This document shows positions 20,155 through 29,706 of a stretch of 64,000 nt of DNA, one piece after another. The stretch comes from Bacteroidota bacterium (GTDB lineage: Bacteria; Bacteroidota; Bacteroidia; Bacteroidales; NBLH01), in contig JBDLJL010000003.1 of assembly GCA_039714415.1 (NCBI GenBank), positions 10,276 to 74,275 on the forward strand. Reading direction: 5' to 3'. Positions within the stretch are counted from its first letter, which is position 1, and each line of letters starts with the position of its first letter. Made by a program: the position numbers and the translations under genes. The notes under the pieces are model-generated. The model saw nothing but the letters and a program-made list of their open reading frames with translations. It made no database searches and was not told the DNA's origin.

Positions 20155-20250
20155 CAAGTAATTAGTATACTGGTAATTAGTAATTAAACTATTTGGAATA
20201 CACTTTTAATTACCAGTTACTAAGATCTAATTGCCTGTCAATTAGCATAA
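20155..20250. repeat. Heptamer-repeat block (TNGTAAT / ATTACNA) forming an 11-bp perfect inverted repeat
   Basis: The sequence is GTAATTAGTATACTGGTAATTAGTAATTAAAC...TTTAATTACCAGTTACTAAG. ACTGGTAATTA (20169-20179) pairs with TAATTACCAGT (20207-20217). Confidence 0.65.
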
Positions 20251-20404
20251 AACAAATAATTATTTGAATCACAGGGTATTTAAACCAGAGCCAACGGTTC
20301 GGTTAACTTGCAGGAATATTGTTAAATACATTATTGCCTTTTGTGTAATTATCTGCACAGTGGCATTTAAGGTAAACCTATTATTAACATCTTTTTTATA
20401 GCCG

Positions 20405-21091
20405 CTAACTGTATTCTGTCATTTGTTTCCATAAATGCTCAAACTCATTTTTAAAAATTCTGATAAAATTAGCGTTTTGGGTAATAATTAAGTTTTCGTG
20501 ATTGTATTTTTCAGCACTGCGTGTCCAGTTATAGCTGCCAGTTAATATTGCACTATTATCAACAACCGCAAATTTGTGGTGCATATGGTGACGGGTCAAG
20601 TCCACCTTAATTTCAATACCCTTTTGCGCAAGGTAGGATATATCAGAACCACGGTCATATTGTTTGTCGTTATCCGTAATAATTCTGATTTTAACACCCC
20701 GCTCATAGCATTCAATAATTTTACGGCTAATGGAATCATCACTAATCGTAAAAACACAAATTTGAATGGTATCTTTTGCGGTGTCAAGAAATTTCTTTAT
20801 GGTTTCTGAGCATTTGTTTTGTGGTGAAAAGCAAACAATTTCGTCATTGATTTCAGGTATGCGATATAAATTAATTATATTCAAAATATCTTCTAGCCAA
20901 TCCAGATGAAACTGATTAACAGTACCATCTGTTTTCTCTTTAATTAAAAGAAAAGCTTTATGCGATAAATAATTAAGGTCTTCCTGTTTTATAGTTTTTA
21001 CTGATAATAATTTTTTGAATGCTTTTTTTGACTCTTTATCAATAATTTGTTTTTCAAAAGTATTTTCTATAAGCTTTATTAGTTCTTCCAT
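20405..21091 (-). CDS. Single-HKD phospholipase D-family protein (Nuc/Zucchini-like nuclease fold) with an N-terminal helical extension
   Basis: One HKD motif is present (HMHHKFAVVDNSAILTGSYNWTRSAEKYNHEN). The preceding ICVFTISD...GVKIRIITD layout resembles Nuc. There is no signal peptide, and an extra N-terminal segment of about 90 aa. Confidence 0.7.
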   Translation of the reverse strand: MEELIKLIENTFEKQIIDKESKKAFKKLLSVKTIKQEDLNYLSHKAFLLIKEKTDGTVNQFHLDWLEDILNIINLYRIPEINDEIVCFSPQNKCSETIKKFLDTAKDTIQICVFTISDDSISRKIIECYERGVKIRIITDNDKQYDRGSDISYLAQKGIEIKVDLTRHHMHHKFAVVDNSAILTGSYNWTRSAEKYNHENLIITQNANFIRIFKNEFEHLWKQMTEYS

Positions 21092-21339
21092 GGTTGTTTT
21101 TTGTTCAATTTTAATTTGTCAAAAACTGAGATTAATATGCGAAAAAATTATGTATGTTTGTTATATCTAAGTTGAGCAATATGACAATAGTAAATAGCGC
21201 TCTATTTAGATATAACCCCGATGTAGAAATTGTTGGTTTTCACCGAATTGGTGAAATGAAAACTTTACATTTTCTTAATTGTGAGTGCAAAGCTCTCGAA
21301 TAGGGTTAAAATTAACATTTAAAATTGAAATAAAAAAAC

Positions 21340-21576
21340 ATGCAAAATATTTATGAAGTTTTTAGTGGTTCATCCATTGATGCTAATTTTATAAAATCCT
21401 ACCTTGAGGATAACGGAGTAGGGGTGATTGTGAATAATTTACTTGAAAATAGTATAAATGCGGGTTGGGTAAACCCAAATTCCGGACAGGGAGTTTCAGT
21501 ATCTGTTTCAGCAGAAAATTTTGAAAAAGCGGAAAAACTGGTAAGGGAATACCATGAAAGCAGGGAAAAGGAATGA
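21340..21576 (+). CDS. DUF2007-like small protein (putative signal-transducing fold)
   Basis: 78 aa. The pattern EVFSGSSIDANFIKSYLEDNGV...VSVSAENFEKAEKLV is typical of DUF2007. Confidence 0.6.
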   Translation: MQNIYEVFSGSSIDANFIKSYLEDNGVGVIVNNLLENSINAGWVNPNSGQGVSVSVSAENFEKAEKLVREYHESREKE

Positions 21577-21596
21577 AAACTATATGAGGATGTGGC

Positions 21597-21640
21597 ACTT
21601 CGACAAGCTCAGTGACCGATTTGAAAAATAGAAGATGTAA
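21597..21640. repeat. Copy B (truncated remnant) of the same element
   Basis: ACTTCGACAAGCTCAGTG (21597-21614) is identical to the core and is followed by ACCGATTTGAAAAAT. No TIRs are present. Confidence 0.55.
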
Positions 21641-21779
21641 AAATGTGTAGTTTGATATAACATCGAACTTACCCATTGAGTTTCATAAAATAGATATTTA
21701 AATCATTTTGTTCAAATATTAATTACGTAGTTACAATATGTCCGTAAAGTTTTGTAACTTTCCATAAAAAATAATTATT

Positions 21780-22415
21780 ATGGCAAAGAAAAAGGGAGTT
21801 GATAAGGAAAAGAACATTGATGATATTTTAAAGAGTCATGTTTATTGGGCAGTAGGTGCCGGCTTAATACCTGTCCCAATTGTTGACATTGCTGCTGTAA
21901 CTGCTATCCAACTTGATATGTTAAAACAAATTTGCAGTTTTTATGATATTAATTATTCCGAAGAAAAAGGCAAAACCTGGATTAGTGCAATTGCAAGTTC
22001 CACAATGTCGAGTATTGTTGCCAGAATCGGGGCATCAGCAGTAAAATCCATTCCATTTATTGGTACAGTGGTGGGTGCTACATCAATGGCTGTTATTTCA
22101 GGTGCTTCAACCTATGCTTTGGGCAAGGTTTTTATTAAGCATTTTGAATCCGGGGGAACATTCGACAATTTAAATAAAGAAAAAATAAAAGAGTTTTATA
22201 ACGAAAACTTAAAAGAAGGTAAAAAAGTGGCCAAAAATCTTAAAGAAAGATATTTGAAGTTGCTAAAAACACCTGAAGGCAAAGAAAAAGAACGAAATAT
22301 TGGTAACAGGTTAAAGGAAATAGCTGATTTGAAAAAGGCCGGGAAAATAACTGAAAAAGAATATGAAAAAAGATACCAGGAAATTATCAAAAACCTGATG
22401 GATAATGATAAATAA
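21780..22415 (+). CDS. DUF697 (YcjF-like) membrane-associated protein with a SHOCT-like C-terminal motif
   Basis: GAGLIPVPIVDIAAVTAIQLDMLKQI is the DUF697 core. The C-terminal RLKEIADLKKAGKITEKEYEKRYQEII resembles SHOCT. Confidence 0.6.
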   Translation: MAKKKGVDKEKNIDDILKSHVYWAVGAGLIPVPIVDIAAVTAIQLDMLKQICSFYDINYSEEKGKTWISAIASSTMSSIVARIGASAVKSIPFIGTVVGATSMAVISGASTYALGKVFIKHFESGGTFDNLNKEKIKEFYNENLKEGKKVAKNLKERYLKLLKTPEGKEKERNIGNRLKEIADLKKAGKITEKEYEKRYQEIIKNLMDNDK

Positions 22416-22465
22416 AATGAGTAGCTAATTTAAATATTGGCAAAGGAATGGGGGCTCTTGTAGAA

Positions 22466-23992
22466 CTATATACTCCGTAGTTGATTAAAAGCTTTCCCCA
22501 AATTATTAATGATATCACCTGCGATAACCGTTTCCATTCCCATTTTTTGAGCAGCTATGTCGCCTGCCAAACCATGCAGATAAACACCTAGTTGTGCTGC
22601 ATCTTCAGGTTCATATCCCTGTGCCAGGAGGGAGGTTAAAACGCCGGTTAATACATCGCCACTTCCTGCTGTGGCCATTCCCGGGTTACCACTTGAATTA
22701 AAGTAGCATCTTCCATCGGGCAAAGCAATTGATGTATGTGCCCCTTTTAGAACAACAATGATTTTTTGCTTTTTGGCTAATTCAATTTGTTTCTGATATT
22801 GTTCAAAATAGGACGCCGACTCACCAACTAACCTGCGAAATTCACCGGGGTGAGGGGTTAAAATACTATTTTCAGGAATTAAATCGTATAAATCATTATT
22901 TTTTGCTATTAAATTAAGTGCGTCAGCATCGAGCACAACAGGTTTTTCCGCATTGGTCAGTACACCAATTAAAGAATTCAGCGTTGCTTTTTTCTGCCCT
23001 ATCCCCGGGCCGATACCTATTGCCTGGTATAAGTCTTGTTCATCTGATTTACAAAAAAGTGTACCCGACTCGTCAATACAAACCATAGCCTCAGGAACCG
23101 CCGTTTGCATAATTTCGTAGCCTGATATAGGGAAATGTGTTGTAAGCAATCCAATACCGGTCCTTAAACAGGCTTTTGCGGCTAAAATTGCTGCCCCCAT
23201 TTTACCATAGCTTCCGGCAATTAAAAGTGCATGGCCATAAGTCCCTTTGTGGTCAAATTTTTGCCGTTTTTTTAATGTTTTTTTAATTGTTCTTTTTGTG
23301 AGGTATTCATTTGTTGATTTTATCTCAGCTAAATATGTTTTACTCAATCCTATTGACAGGCAATGCCACTCACCAATATGAAATTGCGTATCAGGAAAAA
23401 AGAAAGATAAAAATGGAAGTTCAAGAGTTAAAGTATAATGAGCTTTAATAACACTTAAATAGCCACCATCATCAGCCTTGGCTAATTTAGAATTATCCTC
23501 GCTAAAACACCCTGATGGTATATCAATAGAAATAATTGTTGCCTTACTTTTATTTATAAACCCTATAATTTGTCCATAAAATCCTTCAACAGGTCTTGTT
23601 AAGCCTGAACCAAATAAAGCATCAATTACTAAATCGGATTTATTAATTTTAGGAAAATCATTCTTATTTTTTAGTATAGAAACATTTATGTTTTTTTGAG
23701 CTAATATCCGATCGTAATTAATTTGTGTATTTTGTGAAAGTTTGGTGCTTTTAAGAAAAACATTTACCGAAAAGCCATAATCCGCAAGCATCCTGGCAAT
23801 TGCCAGACCATCACCACCATTATTTCCCGGACCCGAAAAGATTTTTACCTTAGGTTTATCTTTAAATTTATTAATAATCCAATTTGAACAAACTTTTGCC
23901 GCCCTTTCCATAAGGTTGATTGAAAGTATGGGCTCATTTTCTATGGTATAGGCATCTAATTTTCTTACTTGTTCAGAATATAAAATCTTCAT
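22466..23992 (-). CDS. nnr: Bifunctional NAD(P)H-hydrate repair enzyme (epimerase + ADP-dependent dehydratase)
   Basis: It has an N-terminal YjeF_N domain (GPGNNGGDGLAIAR) and a C-terminal carbohydrate-kinase-like domain (GPGIG, TAGSGDVLTG). Confidence 0.92.
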   Translation of the reverse strand: MKILYSEQVRKLDAYTIENEPILSINLMERAAKVCSNWIINKFKDKPKVKIFSGPGNNGGDGLAIARMLADYGFSVNVFLKSTKLSQNTQINYDRILAQKNINVSILKNKNDFPKINKSDLVIDALFGSGLTRPVEGFYGQIIGFINKSKATIISIDIPSGCFSEDNSKLAKADDGGYLSVIKAHYTLTLELPFLSFFFPDTQFHIGEWHCLSIGLSKTYLAEIKSTNEYLTKRTIKKTLKKRQKFDHKGTYGHALLIAGSYGKMGAAILAAKACLRTGIGLLTTHFPISGYEIMQTAVPEAMVCIDESGTLFCKSDEQDLYQAIGIGPGIGQKKATLNSLIGVLTNAEKPVVLDADALNLIAKNNDLYDLIPENSILTPHPGEFRRLVGESASYFEQYQKQIELAKKQKIIVVLKGAHTSIALPDGRCYFNSSGNPGMATAGSGDVLTGVLTSLLAQGYEPEDAAQLGVYLHGLAGDIAAQKMGMETVIAGDIINNLGKAFNQLRSI

Positions 23993-24135
23993 GATATTAA
24001 ATTTTGCTTTACAAATTTAATTAATTCCTTTTTATATTTGCAAAATATTGGCCATGATATAAAATTTGTGAGCATTAATTTGAGTTTATCGATAAAACAA
24101 GTTTGATTTTACAATAAACTTTAAAGAATTATAAA

Positions 24136-24432
24136 ATGAGTAAATTTAATGAAATAATAAATTCAGGGACAACTACACTTGTTGATTTTTCAGCTGAATG
24201 GTGTGCCCCGTGTAAAGCACTTGCACCTATTTTAAAAGAAGTAAAACAGGAACTGGGGGATGATGTGAAAATTATTAAAATTGATGTGGATAAAAATCCG
24301 GTTATTGCACAGAACCTACAAATTTCAGGTGTTCCTACAATTATCATTTATAAAAATGGTGAGCAAAAATTTAGGCAATCAGGGGTAATACCTGCAAGCC
24401 AGCTTATTCAGACATTAAAGCAATATATTTAA
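24136..24432 (+). CDS. trxA: Thioredoxin
   Basis: 98 aa with the WCAPCK active site and GVPTIIIYKNG. Confidence 0.95.
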   Translation: MSKFNEIINSGTTTLVDFSAEWCAPCKALAPILKEVKQELGDDVKIIKIDVDKNPVIAQNLQISGVPTIIIYKNGEQKFRQSGVIPASQLIQTLKQYI

Positions 24433-24444
24433 GTAAGCATAATA

Positions 24445-25053
24445 ATGAAAATACTGAATCCTAAATTAATAGCGGACTTAGAAAAGGGGCATCCTGTTAA
24501 ATTGGATCTTGGAAGTGGCGGAATTGTTCGTGAAGGCTTTTATTCCGTTGATCATATTGAACTTGAAGGGGTTGATGTGGTAGCTGACCTGAACAAACCA
24601 TTAGAATTATTTCCTGACAACAGTGTTGATTACATCTATAGCCGCCATGTACTTGAACACATTAACGAATTGTTACCATTAATGCGTGAAATTCACCGGA
24701 TTACAAAAAAAAATGGGATAATAGAGGTTATCGTACCACATTTTTCAAATGTTCTTGCATTCTCTGACCCAACGCATGTTCGCTTTTTTGGTTTATATTC
24801 TATGTATTATTTTGTAGCACCAGAAAACCAGCCCAAAATAAGAAAAGTACCTGCCTTTTATACTGATGTCAGGTTTCAAATTAATTCTATAAAAATAGAA
24901 TTTTACAGGACAAGTATTTTTGACAAAATCTTATATCCATTTTTTTCTACTTTGCTAAATTCTAACACATATTTTCAAAACATTTATGAAAGGCTATTGT
25001 CAGGCTTTTTCCATGCATGGCAAATTCGATATATTATGCAAGTTGAAAAGTAA
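24445..25053 (+). CDS. Class I SAM-dependent methyltransferase
   Basis: Motif I is LDLGSGG and an acidic loop (VDHIE) follows, consistent with a Methyltransf_11-like layout. The substrate is unknown. Confidence 0.65.
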   Translation: MKILNPKLIADLEKGHPVKLDLGSGGIVREGFYSVDHIELEGVDVVADLNKPLELFPDNSVDYIYSRHVLEHINELLPLMREIHRITKKNGIIEVIVPHFSNVLAFSDPTHVRFFGLYSMYYFVAPENQPKIRKVPAFYTDVRFQINSIKIEFYRTSIFDKILYPFFSTLLNSNTYFQNIYERLLSGFFHAWQIRYIMQVEK

Positions 25054-25291
25054 TAATTATTGATCAAAACAAACGTAACTACTTCTTTACGATAATTTTT
25101 AAAACACTCTCTTTACAAGCGTGAGCTTATGTCTACCTGTGTAATGCACTGTTTTATATATCACGAAATTGATGTGCTTATATAAACAAATCGTAGAAAT
25201 TGTTAGTGGGGTCAGTATCTTTTGTTTAAGGTTGTTTATTAATTGTGGATATCAAGCAATTTAAATGATTTGGTAAGTTTTTAAATATTGT

Positions 25292-25299
25292 TATTTTTG
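25292..25299 (+). promoter_or_regulatory. Bacteroidota-type -7 box upstream of the POT transporter gene
   Basis: TATTTTTG sits within TTATTTTTGTCCTTT, 41 nt upstream of ATG 25341. Confidence 0.45.
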
Positions 25300-25340
25300 T
25301 CCTTTCTTAAAATTTTTATATAATCAAACCAAACAATATA

Positions 25341-27053
25341 ATGGCAAAAGAAAGTAAACACCCTAAAGGACTAATGGTCCTTTTTTTCACAGAAATGTGG
25401 GAACGTTTTGGATTTTATTTAATGTTAGGAATATTTACCCTGTACATGGTGGCAGGAGGTGATGAGAAATTTCCAGGTTTGGGCTTAAGTAATGCTGAAT
25501 CAGCGGATATTTATGGAACTTACCTTGCATTAGTATATTTAACACCATTTTTTGGTGGATTGTTAGCAGACAGAGTATTAGGATATAGAAAATCTATTTT
25601 TATAGGTGGTTTATTAATGGCAGCTGGATATATAGGACTATCCATACCAAATTCTATGGAAGCTTTTTTTGGATCCCTATTACTTATTATCCTGGGTAAT
25701 GGCCTTTTTAAACCAAATATCTCGGTACTTCTTGGAAAACTTTACGAAGATGAAAAATACATCCATCTAAAAGATTCCGGGTTTAATATTTTTTACATGG
25801 GTATTAACATTGGTGCATTTATCTGTAACTTTGTTGCTGCTTATTTAAGACTTGAATATGGTTGGGGATGGGCATTTGCTGCTGCAGGTGTTGGTATGAT
25901 AATAGGTGTTATTTGGTTATATTTTGGCCAAATGAAAGCAAGTCGTATTGTCGAAGTTGATAAGATTTCACCAGCTAATGAAGGTGATATGTCTTTAACC
26001 CAGATTTTTGTTAAGTTATTTGTTCCTGCATTAGTAGCAGGTGGTGTTGGCTGGATTATTCCCGGAAACATTTTTGGAGCTGATTCAACTGACGCATTTT
26101 TGTTTTTCAGTATCCCAGTAATCCTTTTCTATATTAATTTAGTAAGATCAGCACCTAAAAATGAAAAAGAACCAATTAAAGCACTTTTATCCGTAATGGG
26201 TGTTGTGGTTGTTTTTTGGGCTATTTTTCATCAAAATGGTTCCGCTTTAACATTTTGGGCAAAAAACAATACAAGCAGGGAGTTGAAACAAACTACTGAA
26301 AAAGTTTTTTCTGTAATGAAATTAACCGAAGAGGTTTCTACTGTTCCAAGGCCGGTTACCAAAAGCGGGTTACATGGTGAGGAAGGTGAAACAGTTATGG
26401 GTCCTAGCTATTACTTTGATAATTATAAATGTGAATTACCAACAGGTCTACAAGACAGGCCAGATGATATTAATGAAGAATACTGGAACTCCGAAATAAA
26501 AGATAAGGTTGAGGTAAGTCAATATGGAGCGTTCAGGCTTTGGCCTACTGAGCTTCAGGCTTCAATAAACCCATTTTACATAATTATACTTACCCCGCTT
26601 GTGGTTGGCTTTTTTGGCTTTTTGGCACGCAGGGGAAAAGAACCTTCAACACCTGCAAAAATTGGTTATGGTTTATTAATTACTTCATTATCAATGCTTG
26701 TTATGGTGGGTGCGGCATTAGTATCTGACAGTGGTGATGTTAAAACTTCTGTTGGTTGGCTATTTGGTATTTATGGTGTAATAACTGTTGGTGAACTTTT
26801 CCTTAGCCCAATGGGATTATCATTAGTTTCAAAATTAAGCCCGAAAAGAATTGCTGCCTTGATGATGGGTGGTTGGTTTCTTTCTACAGCTATTGGAAAT
26901 AAACTATCAGGAGTGCTTTCTGGAATGTGGGATACTTTTGAGAAAAAAGAATACTTTTTCTTAACAAATGTTGGATTAACTGCAATTGCTGCGGTGGGTA
27001 TATTTATTTTATTACCGTGGTTAAGAAGAGTCGTTAAAGAATATTCAGAATAG
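25341..27053 (+). CDS. Proton-dependent oligopeptide transporter (POT/PTR2 family)
   Basis: The ExxERFxYY motif (TEMWERFGFYLM) and GGLLADRVLGYRKSI are present, with about 14 TM helices and a central soluble insertion. Confidence 0.9.
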   Translation: MAKESKHPKGLMVLFFTEMWERFGFYLMLGIFTLYMVAGGDEKFPGLGLSNAESADIYGTYLALVYLTPFFGGLLADRVLGYRKSIFIGGLLMAAGYIGLSIPNSMEAFFGSLLLIILGNGLFKPNISVLLGKLYEDEKYIHLKDSGFNIFYMGINIGAFICNFVAAYLRLEYGWGWAFAAAGVGMIIGVIWLYFGQMKASRIVEVDKISPANEGDMSLTQIFVKLFVPALVAGGVGWIIPGNIFGADSTDAFLFFSIPVILFYINLVRSAPKNEKEPIKALLSVMGVVVVFWAIFHQNGSALTFWAKNNTSRELKQTTEKVFSVMKLTEEVSTVPRPVTKSGLHGEEGETVMGPSYYFDNYKCELPTGLQDRPDDINEEYWNSEIKDKVEVSQYGAFRLWPTELQASINPFYIIILTPLVVGFFGFLARRGKEPSTPAKIGYGLLITSLSMLVMVGAALVSDSGDVKTSVGWLFGIYGVITVGELFLSPMGLSLVSKLSPKRIAALMMGGWFLSTAIGNKLSGVLSGMWDTFEKKEYFFLTNVGLTAIAAVGIFILLPWLRRVVKEYSE

Positions 27054-27081
27054 ATTACAGAGGTAAATCATTAAAATAAAA

Positions 27082-27111
27082 AAAGCTGAGGTTAGAACCT
27101 TAGCTTTTTTT
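27082..27111 (+). terminator. Intrinsic terminator after the POT transporter gene
   Basis: AAAGCTGAGG-TTAGAA-CCTTAGCTTT is followed by TTTT. Confidence 0.75.
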
Positions 27112-27189
27112 ATGTGTTAATTTGTTCAATTTTAAATAAGTATATTTGGTTTTAACAAAATGTACTATCTTTATTGTTTTATTAAACAT

Positions 27190-29559
27190 ATGAGGTTTAA
27201 ATTTTTACTAATATCAGTTATTGTTTTAGCAAATAATTTTACTAATGTATTTGCTCAAAATCCATTGGTAGATTCTTTGTTGCATGAGTTGGCAATTGCA
27301 AAACATGATACCGTAAAAATTAATATATATAACCAGCTATCTGCAATTTACACAAGGACAAAACCTGATGAAGCATTTAATTATGTAAAAAAAGCATTTG
27401 ATATTTCCGAATCTTTAGCAAATTCAGATGATGAATATATTATCCTTTTTGTTAAAAAAAATAATTCGGTAAGCTATACTAATTTAGGAAATTATTACAA
27501 AGCATTGGGTGATTATTATTCCGCTCTTGAAAATTATAAAAAGTCAAATGAAATACTTAGTGAAATAAATGACAAACAGGCACTTGCAGATAATTATACT
27601 CTTATAGGAATTGTTAAATACAGAAGCGGAGATTATGCTGCTGCTGATGATTATTACAATAAAGCACTTGAAATACATAAAGAGCTTAAAAACGAAACAG
27701 GAAAGGCTAAGGTTTATCTTAACTTTGGGAATCTTTATCTTAAACAAGGTGATTATCCTCTTTCAATAGAATATTATCAAAAATCATTGGAGATAAGTGA
27801 AAAATTAAACGATAAAAAAAATGCTTCTCGTTGCTATAACAATATTGGATATATATATACAGAAACGAAAAGATATGATTGGGCTATTGATTATTTGAAT
27901 AAAAATCTGAAAATCAAAGAATCAATAAATGATAGACGTGGTGTGGCAACTGCTATGAACAATATTGGTAATGTGTATTTAGAAAAAAATGAATATGATT
28001 CAGCCTTGGTATATTTTACGCAATCGCTATCAATACGTAGAGAGGTTCAAGCAATAAGACATGAAGCAATTAGCCTGCAAAATATGGGCAGGGTATATTT
28101 TGCACAAAAAAGATATGATATAGCCGAAGAATATCTACAAAATGCCCTAAGAATTTATAAAAGGGTTGAGGAAAGTGAAAAAATTGGTAATATTTATACA
28201 GAATTGGCTTCTTTGAAAATTGAAGAAAATAAATTCAATAATGCCATAAAATATGCAGATAGTTCTCTGATCATAGCATTGGAATTAAAAGCTTTACCAA
28301 TGCAAAAAGATTGTTATAAATTATTGGCTGTGTCATATGAAAAGAAAGGTAGCCTCTTAAAAGCTTATGAATTTTTAAAACAATATACTACAGTAAAAGA
28401 TAGTATATTGGAACAAGTTGCGGAGAAATTGATTAAAAGTGAAACCAGGTATAGAGTTGGCCAAAAACAGAAGGAAATAGAAGCCCAGAAGTTAAAAATT
28501 GAAACCCAGGATGCACAGGCTAAGAATCAGCAAATGAAGATGTATTTTTCATTAAGTGCCTTGTTGGTGATGATTGTTCTGGCTTTTGTTTTTTATCGCA
28601 ACTTTAAACAAAAAATAAGAGCAAATGATCTTTTGCGTAGACAAAAGCGTGAGATTGAAGATCAAAAAGAAGAGATTGAGAAGCAGCGGGATGTTGTGGT
28701 AGAACAAAACAGGATCGTTCTGGAACAGAAAAAGGAAATAACGGATAGTATAATCTACGCAAAAAATATTCAAAGGGCTGTTATGCCCTCAGAAGAGTTA
28801 TTGAATAGCGTTCTTCCTGAACACTTCTTAATGTTTCGACCAAAAGATATTGTCAGTGGGGATTTTTACTGGATGAAACAGATTAAGAACTTTATTGTTA
28901 TTGCTGTAGCTGATTGTACCGGGCATGGTGTTCCCGGGGCATTTATGAGTATGTTGGGTTCCTTATTCTTAAGTGAAACGGTAACCAGTCGGAGCCTGGA
29001 TGATGCCGGATTAATTTTGAATAAAATGCGGGAAAAGATTAAAAAATCATTACATCAATCCGGTAAAGAAGGTGAAGCTAAAGACGGTATGGATATGTCT
29101 TTTTTTATTATTGATTCTGAAACCAGGGAAGTTCAGTTCTCGGGAGCTTTTAACCCTCTATACATTATTCGGGATAATGATAAAATTGATGATGTTGCTG
29201 CTTTGGAAGATTTGGGATTTAGTTTATACAAACCACAAGAATTTAATGCTACAGTAATTGAAATAAAAGGTGACAGACAACCAATTGCTATATATACAAA
29301 TGAAAAGGATTTTACCAGCCATACTTTCCAGCTAATGGAGGGTGATAGAATATATTCTTTTAGTGATGGTTATCCGGATCAATTTGGTGGTGAGAAAGGA
29401 AAAAAACTAAAAGCCAGGAATTTTAAGAACCTTTTATTAACATGTAAGAATAGACCAATGAAAGAGCAAGAGGAGTTCATGCAAAATAGCTTTGATGAAT
29501 GGAAAGGTGAAATTGCCCAGATTGATGATGTTATTTTAATGGGTTTGAAAATTAGTTAA
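27190..29559 (+). CDS. Sensor PP2C (SpoIIE-type) phosphatase: about 10 periplasmic TPR repeats, TM, coiled coil, PP2C
   Basis: A signal peptide starts at ATG 27190 (MRFKFLLISVIVL). TPR units repeat (Y.N.G..Y...G.Y..A..YY.K.L.I), followed by a TM helix (ALLVMIVLAFVF). The PP2C block is nearly collinear with that of 17175-19895 (ITDSIIYAKNIQRAVMP, FRPKDIVSGDFYW, VADCTGHGVPGAFMSM, FSDGYPDQFGG, DDVILMGLKI). Confidence 0.85.
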   Translation: MRFKFLLISVIVLANNFTNVFAQNPLVDSLLHELAIAKHDTVKINIYNQLSAIYTRTKPDEAFNYVKKAFDISESLANSDDEYIILFVKKNNSVSYTNLGNYYKALGDYYSALENYKKSNEILSEINDKQALADNYTLIGIVKYRSGDYAAADDYYNKALEIHKELKNETGKAKVYLNFGNLYLKQGDYPLSIEYYQKSLEISEKLNDKKNASRCYNNIGYIYTETKRYDWAIDYLNKNLKIKESINDRRGVATAMNNIGNVYLEKNEYDSALVYFTQSLSIRREVQAIRHEAISLQNMGRVYFAQKRYDIAEEYLQNALRIYKRVEESEKIGNIYTELASLKIEENKFNNAIKYADSSLIIALELKALPMQKDCYKLLAVSYEKKGSLLKAYEFLKQYTTVKDSILEQVAEKLIKSETRYRVGQKQKEIEAQKLKIETQDAQAKNQQMKMYFSLSALLVMIVLAFVFYRNFKQKIRANDLLRRQKREIEDQKEEIEKQRDVVVEQNRIVLEQKKEITDSIIYAKNIQRAVMPSEELLNSVLPEHFLMFRPKDIVSGDFYWMKQIKNFIVIAVADCTGHGVPGAFMSMLGSLFLSETVTSRSLDDAGLILNKMREKIKKSLHQSGKEGEAKDGMDMSFFIIDSETREVQFSGAFNPLYIIRDNDKIDDVAALEDLGFSLYKPQEFNATVIEIKGDRQPIAIYTNEKDFTSHTFQLMEGDRIYSFSDGYPDQFGGEKGKKLKARNFKNLLLTCKNRPMKEQEEFMQNSFDEWKGEIAQIDDVILMGLKIS

Positions 29560-29706
29560 TTAACTAAAGAAGCATTATAAGTACCTTTCCCATGATATTA
29601 AAAATGTTTTTTAAAAATATCCTAGTATAATTAAAAATTAAGATAGAAGAGTCAGGAATGAAAACCACTGCTGATAATATATCTGAATAACTTATTTTTA
29701 TCTTTT

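Noticed and set aside
20405-22415. The idea that the PLD-like, DUF2007 and DUF697-SHOCT genes form a defence or stress system.
   Set aside because: The genes are on different strands, separated by long spacers with their own signals, and none of the usual partner functions (methylase, helicase, sensor NTPase) is present. Only the PLD gene is kept, as a stand-alone curiosity.
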